Assembly: GCA_964421325.1 (NCBI GenBank)
Contig: CAYQXH010000002.1
Location: forward strand, 6,159 to 70,158
Reading direction: 5' to 3'
Source of the DNA: an uncultured Propionibacteriaceae bacterium
GTDB lineage: Bacteria > Actinomycetota > Actinomycetes > Propionibacteriales > Propionibacteriaceae
DNA length: 64,000 nucleotides
Position numbers and translations under genes: made by a program. Below are positions 9,054 through 19,466 of the stretch, one piece after another (position 1 is the stretch's first letter; every line of letters starts with the position of its first letter). A model generated the notes under the pieces. The model was not told the origin of the DNA, did not search any database, and worked only from the letters and a program-made list of their open reading frames with translations.

Positions 9054-10097
9054 ATGACGAACGAGAGTTACGAACGAAACCTTGGCGATACGGCGGACGG
9101 GAACCCGGGCAGTGACCCGCGGCTCGAATCCGACGATCCCGTCGTGGGCGAGAGCTACCCGAGCTCGGGAAGCGGCGCGATGGGTCTCGATGACACTCAG
9201 CCGACGGCTGCGAACAGCGACCAGCTGTCGACCGGTTCCGGGTACGGGACCGACGACGAGGGCCTGCCCGGGAACCGCTACGGCTCGGACGAGGAAATGG
9301 CCGGCTCCGCGGCCGGCGCGGGTCAGGAGTGGCCTACCGGTACTGCAGCAAGCGGTTCGGGAGGCGGCGCCGGGACGGCCGAACAGGCGGGCAGGAGGGC
9401 CAGCGCGGTTGCCGGCTCCGCAGCGGAGAAGGCCGCGGACGTGAAGGACGCAGCACTGGCAAAGGCTGCGGACGTCAAGGACGTTGCGGTCGAACGCGGC
9501 GGTGACGTGGCTGCCGTGGCCAAGGACGAGCTGGCAAGACTCGCCAGCGACGCCCGTTCGCAGGTGCAGTCCCTGTGGTCGGACGCATCCGAGCAACTCC
9601 GGGGGCAGGCGGCCTCTGGCCAGAAGCAGGCAGCCGACCTGTTGCACTCCCTCGCCGGGGAGCTGGGCGAGATGGCATCCAAGTCGGAGAACGGCGGACC
9701 CATCACGGCGCTGGCCAAGCAGGCAGCTGCCCGCGGTGGCGAGCTCTCCCACTGGCTGGCCAACTCCGAACCCGCCGACGTGCTGACCGAGCTGCGCCGG
9801 TTCGCCAGGCGGCGCCCGTTCGTGTTCCTCGCCGGCGCGGCGCTCGCCGGAGTCGTGGTCGGCCGGCTCGGCCGTGGCCTGATGGCCGCCAACGAGTCCG
9901 ACACCACCGGCCCCGCCCGGGTGCCCGGCAGCTCCGTCGGTTCGGTACCGGCGACCACCGGGGTGATGACCCCGCCGCCGGTCACCTACGAGGAGGTGCC
10001 ATCCTTCGGTACCGGGGAGGCCCCCGAACAGCCTCAGGCCTACCCGGCCCAGCCGGGCCTTGGCGACCCCTACGGCTACGGCGGTGGCGCGCGATGA
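9054..10097 (+). CDS. Hydrophilic LEA-like protein with C-terminal TM helix
   Basis: Acidic disordered N-terminus; 11-mer repeats KAADVKD; RRFARRRPFVFLAGAALAG anchor; AGGAG RBS. Confidence 0.8.
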   Translation: MTNESYERNLGDTADGNPGSDPRLESDDPVVGESYPSSGSGAMGLDDTQPTAANSDQLSTGSGYGTDDEGLPGNRYGSDEEMAGSAAGAGQEWPTGTAASGSGGGAGTAEQAGRRASAVAGSAAEKAADVKDAALAKAADVKDVAVERGGDVAAVAKDELARLASDARSQVQSLWSDASEQLRGQAASGQKQAADLLHSLAGELGEMASKSENGGPITALAKQAAARGGELSHWLANSEPADVLTELRRFARRRPFVFLAGAALAGVVVGRLGRGLMAANESDTTGPARVPGSSVGSVPATTGVMTPPPVTYEEVPSFGTGEAPEQPQAYPAQPGLGDPYGYGGGAR

Positions 10098-10534
10098 CCG
10101 AGCACTCGCCACTGGTCACTTCCGGGACACCGCCGACCCCGGTCGTCCGGGACGAGCGCTCGATCGGTGACCTGATGGGTGACGTCACCAGGGACCTGTC
10201 TGTCCTGTTGCGGCAGGAGGTCGAGCTGGCCAAGGCCGAACTGCGCGAGTCCGCGAGCCAGGCGGGCAAGGGCGCCGGGATGCTGGCCGGCGCCGGCGTT
10301 GCCGGCTTCCTCGCCCTGATGTTCCTCTCCATCGCGGCCTGGTGGGCCCTCGGACTTGTGATCGGCAACGGCTGGTCCGGCCTTGTCGTAGCGATCGTCT
10401 GGGCTGTTGTGGCCGCGGCGCTCGCCGCCACCGGCCGGACCGAGATGACCCGGGTGCGGGGGCTGCCGACCACAGCTGACACGGTCAGCAAGATCCCGAA
10501 TGCACTGAAAGGCAACGAGGAGGACAACCGATGA
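10094..10534 (+). CDS. Phage holin family (YqjE-like) membrane protein
   Basis: SIGDLMGDVTRDLSVLLRQEVELAKAE plus two TMs; ATGA coupling. Confidence 0.88.
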   Translation: MTEHSPLVTSGTPPTPVVRDERSIGDLMGDVTRDLSVLLRQEVELAKAELRESASQAGKGAGMLAGAGVAGFLALMFLSIAAWWALGLVIGNGWSGLVVAIVWAVVAAALAATGRTEMTRVRGLPTTADTVSKIPNALKGNEEDNR

Positions 10535-11205
10535 GCACCAATCCAGAAGAGATCCGCGAGCAGATCGAGCGCACGCGCGCGAGCCTCAGCGACAACGTGG
10601 ACGCGCTGGCCGACCAGGCCAATCCCGCCCACATCGCCCAGCGTCAGGTCGAGAAGGTGAAGGCCTCGGGTGCTCGCCTCCTCGACAAGGTGATGGGCAC
10701 CGCCGAGGACGTCAAGGACGCAGCGGTCGATCGCGTCCAGGTGGCAGCCGACGCTGTGGGTGACCGTGCCGGCTCAGTCGGTGATGCTGTCGCCGGGGTG
10801 CCGCAGGCCGCCCGACGGCAGGCTCAGGGCAATCCCGTGGCTGCCGGTCTGGTCGCGTTCGGGTTGGGGCTGCTGGTGGCCTCGCTGATCCCCCCGTCCC
10901 GCAAGGAGGAGGAACTCGCGCAGTCCATCAAGGAACAGGCCCAGCCCCTCACCGACCAGGTGGTGGGTGCTGCCAAGGAGATGGCGGGCAACCTTGCCGA
11001 GCCGGCTCAGCGCGCTGCCGAGACGCTCAAGGAATCGGCTAACGACGCCATCCAGACCGTCCAGGCCGAAGGCGCCGACGCGGTCAGCGAGGTGCAGGGA
11101 CTCGCCGAGGACTCCGCAGCCGAAGTGAAGGACGACGCCAGGCAGTCCGCGGCTGAGGTCAAGGAGGAGGTCACCAACGAGGGCTCCGACCACCGGACCC
11201 CGTAG
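10531..11205 (+). CDS. DUF3618 domain protein
   Basis: PEEIREQIERTRASLSDNVDALAD; GNPVAAGLVAFGLG. Confidence 0.88.
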   Translation: MSTNPEEIREQIERTRASLSDNVDALADQANPAHIAQRQVEKVKASGARLLDKVMGTAEDVKDAAVDRVQVAADAVGDRAGSVGDAVAGVPQAARRQAQGNPVAAGLVAFGLGLLVASLIPPSRKEEELAQSIKEQAQPLTDQVVGAAKEMAGNLAEPAQRAAETLKESANDAIQTVQAEGADAVSEVQGLAEDSAAEVKDDARQSAAEVKEEVTNEGSDHRTP

Positions 11206-11414
11206 TCGTCGACCGGAGTCTCGCCCGACCCGTCGGGCAGCGCCGGCGAGCAGTCGGGCCGTCGGTTCCGGAGCAGTGGCTCCGGGGCCGGCGGCCCAGC
11301 CGCTTTCCGACCGGGGCGCACCGTCTTGTGCGATCCTGCTGGAAGCGGAGTCCCACGCCGCAACCGAGGAGGACCAGTGCCAGCATCCTGCAGGGTCCCG
11401 GACGGGACGCCGAC

Positions 11415-12413
11415 GTGAGAATCGCGATGCTGGCCCCCGTCGCATGGCGGACACCTCCTGAGCACTACGGCCCCTGGGAGCGCGTGACCAGCCTGCTCAC
11501 CGAGGGGCTGGTCGCGGCCGGGGTCTCGGTGACGCTGTTCGCCACTCTCGACTCGGTGACCACGGCAGAGCTGGACGGGGTCTGCCCCCGGGGTTATGCC
11601 ACGGACCCGGAGATGGACGGACGGGTCTGGGAGGCCCTGCACGTCTGCCACGCCTTCTCCCGCTCCGCCGAGTTCGACCTGGTGCACAACCAGCTCGACT
11701 GGCTGCCGCTCGCCTTCGACGACTTCTGCGCCGCACCGCTGATCACCACCATTCACGGGTTCTCCGGCTCCGGCATCCTGCCCGCCTACCGACGCTCGCG
11801 CTCGGCCTTCGTCTCGATCTCCGACTCCGACCGCTCCCCCCGGTTGAACTACCTGGCCACCATCCACCACGGCATCGACTTCACCGAGCTGCCGGCTGGG
11901 CCGGGGGGTGAAACCCTGGTCGCCTTCGGCCGGATCCACCCGGACAAGGGGACGGCAGTGGCGATCGAGATCGCCCGCGCGGCCGGGCGCCCGTTGGTGA
12001 TCTGTGGACCGGTGCAGGACCAGGCCTACTTCGACTCGCAGGTGGCCCCCCACGTCGACGGCTCCGCCGTGCGCTACCTGGGCTCCATCGGCCCCGCCGA
12101 GCGGGCGCGGGTGCTCGGTGGCGCGAGCGTGCTGCTGCATCCGATCGGTTTCGACGAACCGTTCGGGCTCGCTGTGGTGGAGGCAATGGCCTGCGGCACC
12201 CCGGTGGTCGCCTACAACCGGGGCTCCATGCCTGAGGTGATCGACGAGGGAGTCACCGGTTTCCTCGCGGCCGACGTGTCGTCGGCGGCGGCAGCTGTGG
12301 CTGCGGCGGCGGGTATGGACCGCGCCGAGGTCCGTGAACGGGCGGTCGCCCGGTTCGGTGTCGAGCGCATGGTGGCGCAGTACCTTGCCGCCTACCAGCG
12401 CCTGCTCGCCTAG
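11415..12413 (+). CDS. Glycosyltransferase family 4
   Basis: RIAMLAPVAWRTPPEHYGPWE, FGRIHPDKG, DEPFGLAVVEAMACGTPV. Confidence 0.92.
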   Translation: MRIAMLAPVAWRTPPEHYGPWERVTSLLTEGLVAAGVSVTLFATLDSVTTAELDGVCPRGYATDPEMDGRVWEALHVCHAFSRSAEFDLVHNQLDWLPLAFDDFCAAPLITTIHGFSGSGILPAYRRSRSAFVSISDSDRSPRLNYLATIHHGIDFTELPAGPGGETLVAFGRIHPDKGTAVAIEIARAAGRPLVICGPVQDQAYFDSQVAPHVDGSAVRYLGSIGPAERARVLGGASVLLHPIGFDEPFGLAVVEAMACGTPVVAYNRGSMPEVIDEGVTGFLAADVSSAAAAVAAAAGMDRAEVRERAVARFGVERMVAQYLAAYQRLLA

Positions 12414-13858
12414 CGCCTGGTCATCTCGCCGATGAGCTCCTGCACGTCCAACGAGGCCACCGAGATCTCGGCGTCCCCGATGCCGTAGGGGATGAACAGC
12501 CGGCCGCCCTGGATGATCGCCCCGCAGGTGAACACCACATTGGGGACGTAGCCGCCGTGGGTCACGGGCGGCAGCAGCGGCCGCTCCAGCTTGGCCAGCA
12601 CGATCGTCGGATCCTCCAGGTCGAGCAGCATGGCCCCGAGGCTGTAGGTGCGCATCAGGCCGACCCCGTGGGTGACCACCAGCCAGCCGTGCTCGGTCTC
12701 CAGCGGGGGGCTGGCATTGCCGACCTGCAGGATCTGCCAGGGCGAGGTCGGGCCCTCGATGTTCACCGGCTCCTTCCAGACGTAGCCGTACTTGGCCGTG
12801 GTCACGCCGATCGTCATGCCGTCGGCCCGGCTGAGGGCCATCAACCGGCCGCCGACCCGGCGCGGGAACAGCGCCATGCCCTTGTTGCGCGCACCCGGCC
12901 CGCTCAGTGGCCAGGAGGAGAAGTGCTGGAGGTCCGGGCTGATCAGCAGCCGGTTGCCGATCCGGCGCCCGTCGTAGGCGGTGTAGGTGGCCCGGTAGTC
13001 GAAGCTGCCGTCCTCGTGGGTGAACCTGGTGAACCGGGCGTCCTCCAGACCCTGCGACTCATCCTCCGCCGCCGGCAGCAGGACGCGCTGGTGCAGCTTG
13101 GAGCCCGGGTCGAAGCTGACGGTGTAGCCGGCGCGCGCCCAGCGCCTGAGCTCTGCGACCCGGATGTGCGCCTCGGGGTGCAGCAGCAGGTCCGGGTGGA
13201 TCTCGTCCAGCGCACGTTCGATGTGGTAGCTCTCGACCTGTTCTGGCATGGTCGCCAGCAGGGTCGTGGTCAGCTCGTCGAGTTCCCTGCCGTGGTCGGC
13301 GAGGGCCGACAGCAGGGTCCGGTGCATCGCCGCCGGACCGACCTGGCCGGCCACCGGCACGTCGGCCCTCGGCTCGAAGCGCCAGGAGTCGGCCGTGACC
13401 ACGGCACTGATGAACTCCAGTGCCGAGATGTGGCCCTCACCGATGGCTCTGAGGCTGACGGCGACCCGCAACTCGCCGGGGGCCAGGTCGGACTGGTCCG
13501 GGTGCGGCATCACACTGGGGTTGCAGAGCGCTGCGCCCTCCAGAACGTACTCGCAGGTGAAGGCGGCGCCGAGCACCATTCGCCGGGCTTCGCTGAGCTC
13601 GGCGTCCGGCGGCGCCGTCACGGCAGCGTTCGCGAGGAGCAGGGCGGGCAGGTCGGCATGGTGGGCGCTGAAGGATTCGAGGATCCCCGGCAGCAGGTCC
13701 GCGACCTGGGAGTCGTCCAGTTCGAGGACACGACGGACGAGGTCGCGCGCCCGGTGCACGTGGGGTGGCTCGGAGCTCGGCAGGAAGAGCCGCCCGATCA
13801 CCCGCTCGGGGTCTGGCGTCAGTTGCTGGTCCTGGTGGTGGGTGACGGTCGCGGGCAC
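12410..13858 (-). CDS. Glycoside hydrolase family 130 (glycosidase/phosphorylase-like)
   Basis: ALCNPS, GLEDARF, TYTAYDG, NKGMALFPR, GYVPNVVFTCG. Confidence 0.88.
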   Translation of the reverse strand: MPATVTHHQDQQLTPDPERVIGRLFLPSSEPPHVHRARDLVRRVLELDDSQVADLLPGILESFSAHHADLPALLLANAAVTAPPDAELSEARRMVLGAAFTCEYVLEGAALCNPSVMPHPDQSDLAPGELRVAVSLRAIGEGHISALEFISAVVTADSWRFEPRADVPVAGQVGPAAMHRTLLSALADHGRELDELTTTLLATMPEQVESYHIERALDEIHPDLLLHPEAHIRVAELRRWARAGYTVSFDPGSKLHQRVLLPAAEDESQGLEDARFTRFTHEDGSFDYRATYTAYDGRRIGNRLLISPDLQHFSSWPLSGPGARNKGMALFPRRVGGRLMALSRADGMTIGVTTAKYGYVWKEPVNIEGPTSPWQILQVGNASPPLETEHGWLVVTHGVGLMRTYSLGAMLLDLEDPTIVLAKLERPLLPPVTHGGYVPNVVFTCGAIIQGGRLFIPYGIGDAEISVASLDVQELIGEMTRR

Positions 13859-14862
13859 TCGTCGACTCCTGCCGTTCGGGCTTGGTGCAGCGTGGTGAGC
13901 GCCGCGAGGGTGGATTCGGCCCCGCGATTGAAGTTACGCCCATCAGCACGGAGTCCGTCGTAGCCCGCACCAGTGTTGGAGTCGTACATCGCAATATTGC
14001 TGTCATTGTCCCCGGCGAACCATCCCCAGGCTGCCCGGATGCCGTCCAGCCAGACCGGGTCGCCGGTGAGGTCCCAGGCGCGACCGCAGGCTTCGGCGAT
14101 CCCGGCGACCTCGATCGGCTGCTGATCGAAAGCCGGGCCCCGCTCCCCCGGGCCACGACCCCCGACGGGGGTCACCGATAGGTGCCCGTCGAATAGTTGG
14201 GTCTGCAGCAGGAAGCCGAGTTGCGTCAGCCCCGCTGCTTGCAGGTCGGGACGGGACAGCGCGGTGCCGGCTGCCAGCAGGGCCTCCGGCAGCCGGGCGT
14301 TGTCGTACCTGAGAACCGGTTCCGGCCACCTCCACTCCGGCTTGTCCGCAGCCGCCGGCGGCTCGCGGCCGGCGACCACCCGGGTGGCGTCGACCAGCAA
14401 CTCCTGAGCCGGTCGCAGGTGCGGGAGCTCCGCGGCGCCGAGGGCTGCATAGGCCATCGCCCTTCGCCACGGTGACCGCTCGCGCGCAAGCGTGCGGAAC
14501 CCGGCCAGCGCCCGCTCCCTGGCCCACTCCGGGCCGACGGCCGCTGCGACCCCCAGACCCCAGACCGCCCGGCCCCACCAGTCACCCAACCCGGCCTCGT
14601 CCTGCCAACGGGCGTCCAGCCCGAGCCGGTTGTGGCAGCGTCCATCGGGCTCGACAGCTGCCCAGACCACCGAGAGGTATCGCTCGAGCAGGTCGTCGAG
14701 CTCGGGATCCGCCACCCGGCAGGTGAGGATCAGCGCCCGGGCGGCGTCGTCGGTGCAGTAGGCATGTTCGGGTCGCGGGACGTCCCCGTCCGCATGCTCG
14801 AAGAGGCCTACCCCATCGGTCAGCCGGCGCAGGTGGTTGAACACCAGCGCTGGCAGGCTCAT
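13819..14862 (-). CDS. Glycosyltransferase-associated helical-barrel protein (C-terminal module of fused GT4 homologues)
   Basis: HLRRLTDGVGLFEHA, YCTDDAARAL, YDNARLPEAL, FDQQPIE, NRGAESTLA. Confidence 0.8.
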   Translation of the reverse strand: MSLPALVFNHLRRLTDGVGLFEHADGDVPRPEHAYCTDDAARALILTCRVADPELDDLLERYLSVVWAAVEPDGRCHNRLGLDARWQDEAGLGDWWGRAVWGLGVAAAVGPEWARERALAGFRTLARERSPWRRAMAYAALGAAELPHLRPAQELLVDATRVVAGREPPAAADKPEWRWPEPVLRYDNARLPEALLAAGTALSRPDLQAAGLTQLGFLLQTQLFDGHLSVTPVGGRGPGERGPAFDQQPIEVAGIAEACGRAWDLTGDPVWLDGIRAAWGWFAGDNDSNIAMYDSNTGAGYDGLRADGRNFNRGAESTLAALTTLHQARTAGVDECPRPSPTTRTSN

Positions 14863-16001
14863 GACTCCCGAATCGAGTACCCGAGCCCGTCGGACTCGGG
14901 CGGGGCGGCAGCAAGCAGGTCCTTCGCCAGCTCCAGGTAGCGTCGGGCCACCGCGGGCCAGTGCAGGGTCGCGGCCACCCTGAGGGCACTCTGGTGCGCC
15001 CGGTTCTCGACAGCCGGGTCGGTGAGTACGCGCCGGAGCGCGGCGGCGATGGCTCCCGGATCCCGGTGCGGCACCGTGATCCCGACCCCGTCGGCCAGCA
15101 GTTCCGTCGCGTGCGGGAATCTGGTGGCCACGACCGGACGGCCGGCGGCCACGGCCTCGATCAGGACCCCGGAGGTGACCTGTTCGGTCGAGTCGTAGGG
15201 CAGCAGGACCACCTGCGCGGTGGCAACCAGCCTGGTCAGTTCCTCGGTGGGCCGGTAGTTCGAGTCGAACTCGACCATCCCGCCCACGCCGAGCCGGTCG
15301 GCCTGCGCCCGCAAGCCGTCGCGGTAGGCGTCACCGTCCCTTGCCAGGACCTTCGGGTGCACCTCGCCCGCCACCAGGTAGTGCGGGGCCGGGTCGAGGT
15401 CGAGCAGGTGGGCCATCGCGGCAACGCCCCACTCCAGGCCCTTCCCAGGGCCGAGCAGGCCCCAGGTGAGCACGCGGCCGGGGACGGGGGTGACGTCGGT
15501 CGGTGCGGTCGGCGCTCCGTGCGGGATCACCCGGATCTTGTGCGGTTCGACGCGATAGTTCGCCACCAGCCGGTCACGGGCGGCGCGGGTCATGGTGACG
15601 ACTGCACCGGCGGCGGCGAGGACGTCTTCGAGCACTGTTCGCTGGAGCGGATCGGGATCGGTCAGCACCGTGTGCAGGACGACAACGGCAGGCACCCGGA
15701 GGGCTCGCATCACGTGGAGCAGCTCCCGGCCGGCGTCGCCGCCGTAGATGCCGTACTCGTGCTGGATGACTGCCACGTCGCAGCCGTTGAGCAGCTCCGC
15801 AGCTCGCCGCTGGCTCAGGTGGTCTCCGAACACCAGCTCGCCGATGACGCCGTCGAGGTTCAGCCGTTCCGGCTGCTCGACCGACCGCACCACCACTGCC
15901 TTCGCCCCCCGTTGTGCGGAGATGGCGCTGGAGAGGGACCTGGTGAAGGTGGCGAGACCGCACTGGGTCGGCGGGAAGGTGCTGAGGAGGCCGATGCGCA
16001 C
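14859..16001 (-). CDS. Glycosyltransferase family 4
   Basis: STFPPTQCGLATFT, IQHEYGIYGG, WGLLGPGKGLE, QVTSGVL. Confidence 0.9.
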   Translation of the reverse strand: MRIGLLSTFPPTQCGLATFTRSLSSAISAQRGAKAVVVRSVEQPERLNLDGVIGELVFGDHLSQRRAAELLNGCDVAVIQHEYGIYGGDAGRELLHVMRALRVPAVVVLHTVLTDPDPLQRTVLEDVLAAAGAVVTMTRAARDRLVANYRVEPHKIRVIPHGAPTAPTDVTPVPGRVLTWGLLGPGKGLEWGVAAMAHLLDLDPAPHYLVAGEVHPKVLARDGDAYRDGLRAQADRLGVGGMVEFDSNYRPTEELTRLVATAQVVLLPYDSTEQVTSGVLIEAVAAGRPVVATRFPHATELLADGVGITVPHRDPGAIAAALRRVLTDPAVENRAHQSALRVAATLHWPAVARRYLELAKDLLAAAPPESDGLGYSIRES

Positions 16002-16003
16002 GA

Positions 16004-16177
16004 TTATCCCGTCCCGGAGATCATCGGGTCCGGGTCCTCGGCAGGCTCGCCGAGTCCGGCCGGTCGATCCGTGGCCGTCTCGGCGTCAGGATCGGGGTCG
16101 GCGCTCCGGCGCAGGCCGGGATCGGCCACCTCGGGATCTGTTGCTGACTGGACTTCAGGCAGGTCTTGGTAGGTCAT
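16004..16177 (-). CDS. Small acidic disordered protein (57 aa)
   Basis: ATG with GAAAGGG RBS, downstream of the predicted promoter; ends 2 nt before the GT4 start. Confidence 0.55.
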   Translation of the reverse strand: MTYQDLPEVQSATDPEVADPGLRRSADPDPDAETATDRPAGLGEPAEDPDPMISGTG

Positions 16178-16203
16178 GACAACCCTTTCTCGTTCGGAAG
16201 TAC

Positions 16204-16230
16204 ATACCCGACGCAGGGTTGTGCATAACC
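16204..16230 (-). promoter_or_regulatory. SigF/SigB-type promoter
   Basis: GGTTAT-N15-GGGTAT on the minus strand, 26 nt above the operon start. Confidence 0.7.
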
Positions 16231-16325
16231 GGCGCCCGGTGCTCATCCGCTGGCGGCCTAGGGAAAATACCTATGCGTCGGTCCCGCGATGAATGCCGGT
16301 TTGAAGGCTCACCCGACGGGGCGCA

Positions 16326-17362
16326 TTATTCGAAGGCTGGCAGGTCGGAGACCGCCGGTCCTTCCAACAGCTTACCCGACGCATCGAAGCGGGAGCCGTG
16401 CAGGGGGAGTCCCAGGAGCTTTCGGCGTCGTTCCAGGTGACGATCCCGCCCAGATGGGTGCAGATCGCAGACCGGGTGCAGGTGGTTCCTGCCACCGTTG
16501 ACCTGGCGGCCGGGCGCCCGCCGAGCCGGCCGACCACACCGGAGCCCTCCGGGGGCGACTGGTCCGGCAGCCCGCGGGCCTCCGTGGCCAGCCAGCCCGC
16601 CGCCATCGCCCCGGCGACCTCGGTGTTGAACCTAACGCCTTCCCCGAGGTCTGCCGACGAGAGCGGAGTGCGGGCAAGCATCTCTGCCCAGGGGAGGTGC
16701 TCCCCGGTGACGCCTGTGGCCAGCCGTAGGGCCGCGGCAACGGCATTGGTCATCCCCCACTTGTTGTAGCCGGTGGCCACCTGGATCCGGCCGTGGCTCA
16801 GCGGCAGCTCACCCACGAGCGGTATCGAGGTGGCGGGCCGGTAGTCCTGCGCCGACCAGGCGTGGGTTCGGGTGGCCCCGGGGAACTGCTCGCCGGCCCA
16901 GGTCTCGAGGTCGGCGACCAGCTCGTGGGTGGAGTCCCGGCGTCCGACCGGATGGCCGTTCCCGCCGACCAGCAGGAGTTCCTCTGCCCCGACCGGGGCG
17001 GTTCGAAGCGAGCGTGCCGGCTGGTCGATCGACAGGTACATACCGCTCGGAACCGTCCCCGGAACCCGGAACGAGACGACGTAGGACCGCAGCGGCTGCA
17101 GGCGGGCGAAGTGCGCACCCCGATCAAGGATCGGAACGCCGGTGGCAAGAATGACCCGCTCCGCCGCCACCGTTCCCACCGGGGTCTCGATCCGGCAGCC
17201 GTCGTCCGTGCCGACGTGCTTCACCCTGACGCCGGTGTGCAGCACCCCGCCGTGCTCGAGGAAGTCGGCCAGCAGCGAGTCGAGCACCTCCAGGGGATGG
17301 AACTGCGCCTGGACGGGTAGTTCGATGGCCCCGGAGACCTGGAACGGCAGCCCCAACCCGGT
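16326..17362 (-). pseudogene. FAD-dependent oxidoreductase with Rieske domain (YhfW-like), 5'-truncated and frameshifted
   Basis: QAQFHP, WSAQDY, TGYNKWGMT, CTHLG present; no N-terminal GxGxxG; WD[C]PLHGSRF broken by 1-nt loss at ~16408, other frame continues LHGSRFDASGKLLEGPA. Confidence 0.85.
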
Positions 17363-17415
17363 TCACGGACTTGCGCAGCTTCTCAATCCTCAGGTACGGA
17401 ACTAGGCTTCGATCC

Positions 17416-17817
17416 GTGACGTGGATACGGATTCGTGAGGCTGCTGCCCTCCTCGGCGTGAGCGACGACACGGTGCGGCGCTGGCTGGACTCCGGCGTGC
17501 TCGCCCACGAGCTGGACAAGAGCAACCGCAAGGTGATCGACGGCCGGGTGCTTGCCGAGTTCGCCGAGACCCAGGCATCCCCGGCGCCGGATCGCTCGAC
17601 GGTCGGCCGATCCGCCCGTAACCGCTTCGTCGGACTGGTCACCCGGGTCAAGTCCGACCCCGTGATGTCACAGGTCGAGCTGGTCTGCGGACCCTTTCGG
17701 GTGGTCTCACTGATGAGCACGGAAGCCGTGCAGGAGCTGCGGCTCGAACCGGGCTCGGTCGCGGTCGCGGTGATCAAGGCCACCAACGTGATCGTCGAGA
17801 CCCCGGGCCGGTCCTGA
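17416..17817 (+). CDS. HTH-TOBE molybdate-responsive regulator
   Basis: IREAAALLGVSDDTVRRW; SARNRFVG...AVIKATNV Mop/TOBE motif. Confidence 0.9.
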   Translation: MTWIRIREAAALLGVSDDTVRRWLDSGVLAHELDKSNRKVIDGRVLAEFAETQASPAPDRSTVGRSARNRFVGLVTRVKSDPVMSQVELVCGPFRVVSLMSTEAVQELRLEPGSVAVAVIKATNVIVETPGRS

Positions 17818-18627
17818 ATGGCGGTGGTGCGGGCCGGTCGCCGGCGGGTGGCTGCCGCGCTGGCCTGCCTCGGCCTGGCCGCTACCGGTTGCAGCACCGG
17901 CCAGCCACCCGCGGCCGACGGCCGGCCCGGGGACGCCACAACGGTCACCGTCTACGCCGCTGCTTCGATGAAGGCGACCTTCACCGAGCTGGGTCGAGCC
18001 TTCGAGGCCAGCCACCCCGGGGTCAGGGTGGCCTTCAACTTCGCGGGCTCCCAGACGCTGGCCGAACAACTCACCCAGGGCGCGCCGGCCGACGTGTTCG
18101 CCTCCGCTGACGAGGCCACCATGGCCAAGGTCACTGCGGCCGGCCTGAACACGGGCGCCAACCGGGCCTATGCCACCAACCGGCTGAGCATCGCCGTCCC
18201 GCCCGACAACCCGGCCGGGATCACCGGCTTCAAGGATCTTGCCGCGCCGGGCGTGCGCCTGGTGATCTGCGCGCCGGCCGTGCCCTGTGGGGCCGCCACT
18301 GCGAAGCTGGCAGGGCTCACCGGCGTCACCCTTGCCCCCGTCAGCGAGGAGCCGGCCGTCTCTGACGTGCTGGCCAAGGTCCAGGCGGGCGAGGCCGATG
18401 CCGGGCTGGTCTACCGAACCGATGTGATCGCGGCCGCCGGCAGCATCACGGCACTCGACTTCCCGGAGTCGGCGATGGCGATCAACCGGAACTCCATCGT
18501 CGCCCTCGGGGCGGGTCCACAACCCGGGCTCGGGGCGGAGTTCGTCGACCTTGTCCTCGGCGCCGAGGGGCGGCGGGTGCTCGCCGCAGCGGGCTTCGGG
18601 GCAGCGGAACCGCAGGAGGGTCGATGA
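17818..18627 (+). CDS. modA: Molybdate ABC transporter substrate-binding lipoprotein
   Basis: Lipobox LAATGC; [35 protein letters not shown]. Confidence 0.95.
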   Translation: MAVVRAGRRRVAAALACLGLAATGCSTGQPPAADGRPGDATTVTVYAAASMKATFTELGRAFEASHPGVRVAFNFAGSQTLAEQLTQGAPADVFASADEATMAKVTAAGLNTGANRAYATNRLSIAVPPDNPAGITGFKDLAAPGVRLVICAPAVPCGAATAKLAGLTGVTLAPVSEEPAVSDVLAKVQAGEADAGLVYRTDVIAAAGSITALDFPESAMAINRNSIVALGAGPQPGLGAEFVDLVLGAEGRRVLAAAGFGAAEPQEGR

Positions 18628-19466
18628 CCGGACCGGCGCCGGCCGCCGCAGCGGTGCGGGCGCGTCGGACCGGAAGGGCTCCGGAGTACTCGGGACTCCC
18701 GCGCTGGGTCATCATCCCGGCAGCCCTCGGCTCGGCGTTCGTCGTCCTGCCGCTGCTCGCCCTCACCAGCCGGGTGGACTGGTCCCGCTTCGGAGAGCTG
18801 CTCACCAGCCCATCCTCGCTCGCGGCACTGAAGCTGAGCCTGCAGACCTCGACCATGTCAACCCTCGCCTGCCTGGTCTTCGGCGTGCCGATGGCCCTGG
18901 TGCTGGCCAGGCAGCGGTTCCCGGGACGCAACGTGGTCAGGTCGCTGGCGCTGCTCCCACTGGTCCTGCCGCCAGTGGTCGGCGGGATCGCACTGCTGTA
19001 CACCTTCGGGCGCCGCGGGCTTCTCGGCCAGACCATGGTCGTGCTGGGAGTGCCGATCGCGTTCTCCACCGCAGCGGTCGTCCTTGCCCAGACGTTCGTC
19101 GCGCTCCCCTTCCTCGTGGTTTCGCTCGAAGGGACGCTGCGTGCGGTCGGCCACCGCTACGAGACCGTGGCTGCCACGCTCGGCGCCCCGCCCTCGACCG
19201 TGCTGCGCAGGATCACCCTGCCGCTCGTACTGCCAGGCCTGGCCTCGGCAGCCGTCCTGTCCTTCGCCCGGGCCCTCGGCGAGTTCGGGGCGACCATCAC
19301 CTTCGCCGGGAGCCTGCAGGGGGTGACCCGCACCCTGCCGCTGGAGATCTACCTGCAGCAGGTGGACGACCCAGACGCTGCCATCGCGCTGTCCCTGGTC
19401 CTGGTCGTGGTCGCCGTGATCGTCACCGTCCTCACGGCGAACTACGCCCATCGGGCCTTGCGATGA
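18624..19466 (+). CDS. modB: Molybdate ABC transporter permease
   Basis: [26 protein letters not shown]. Confidence 0.95.
   Translation: MTGPAPAAAAVRARRTGRAPEYSGLPRWVIIPAALGSAFVVLPLLALTSRVDWSRFGELLTSPSSLAALKLSLQTSTMSTLACLVFGVPMALVLARQRFPGRNVVRSLALLPLVLPPVVGGIALLYTFGRRGLLGQTMVVLGVPIAFSTAAVVLAQTFVALPFLVVSLEGTLRAVGHRYETVAATLGAPPSTVLRRITLPLVLPGLASAAVLSFARALGEFGATITFAGSLQGVTRTLPLEIYLQQVDDPDAAIALSLVLVVVAVIVTVLTANYAHRALR

Noticed and set aside
10094-10534. Holin as evidence of a prophage
   Set aside because: YqjE-type family in its usual DUF3618 stress operon; no phage structural, lysin or integrase genes
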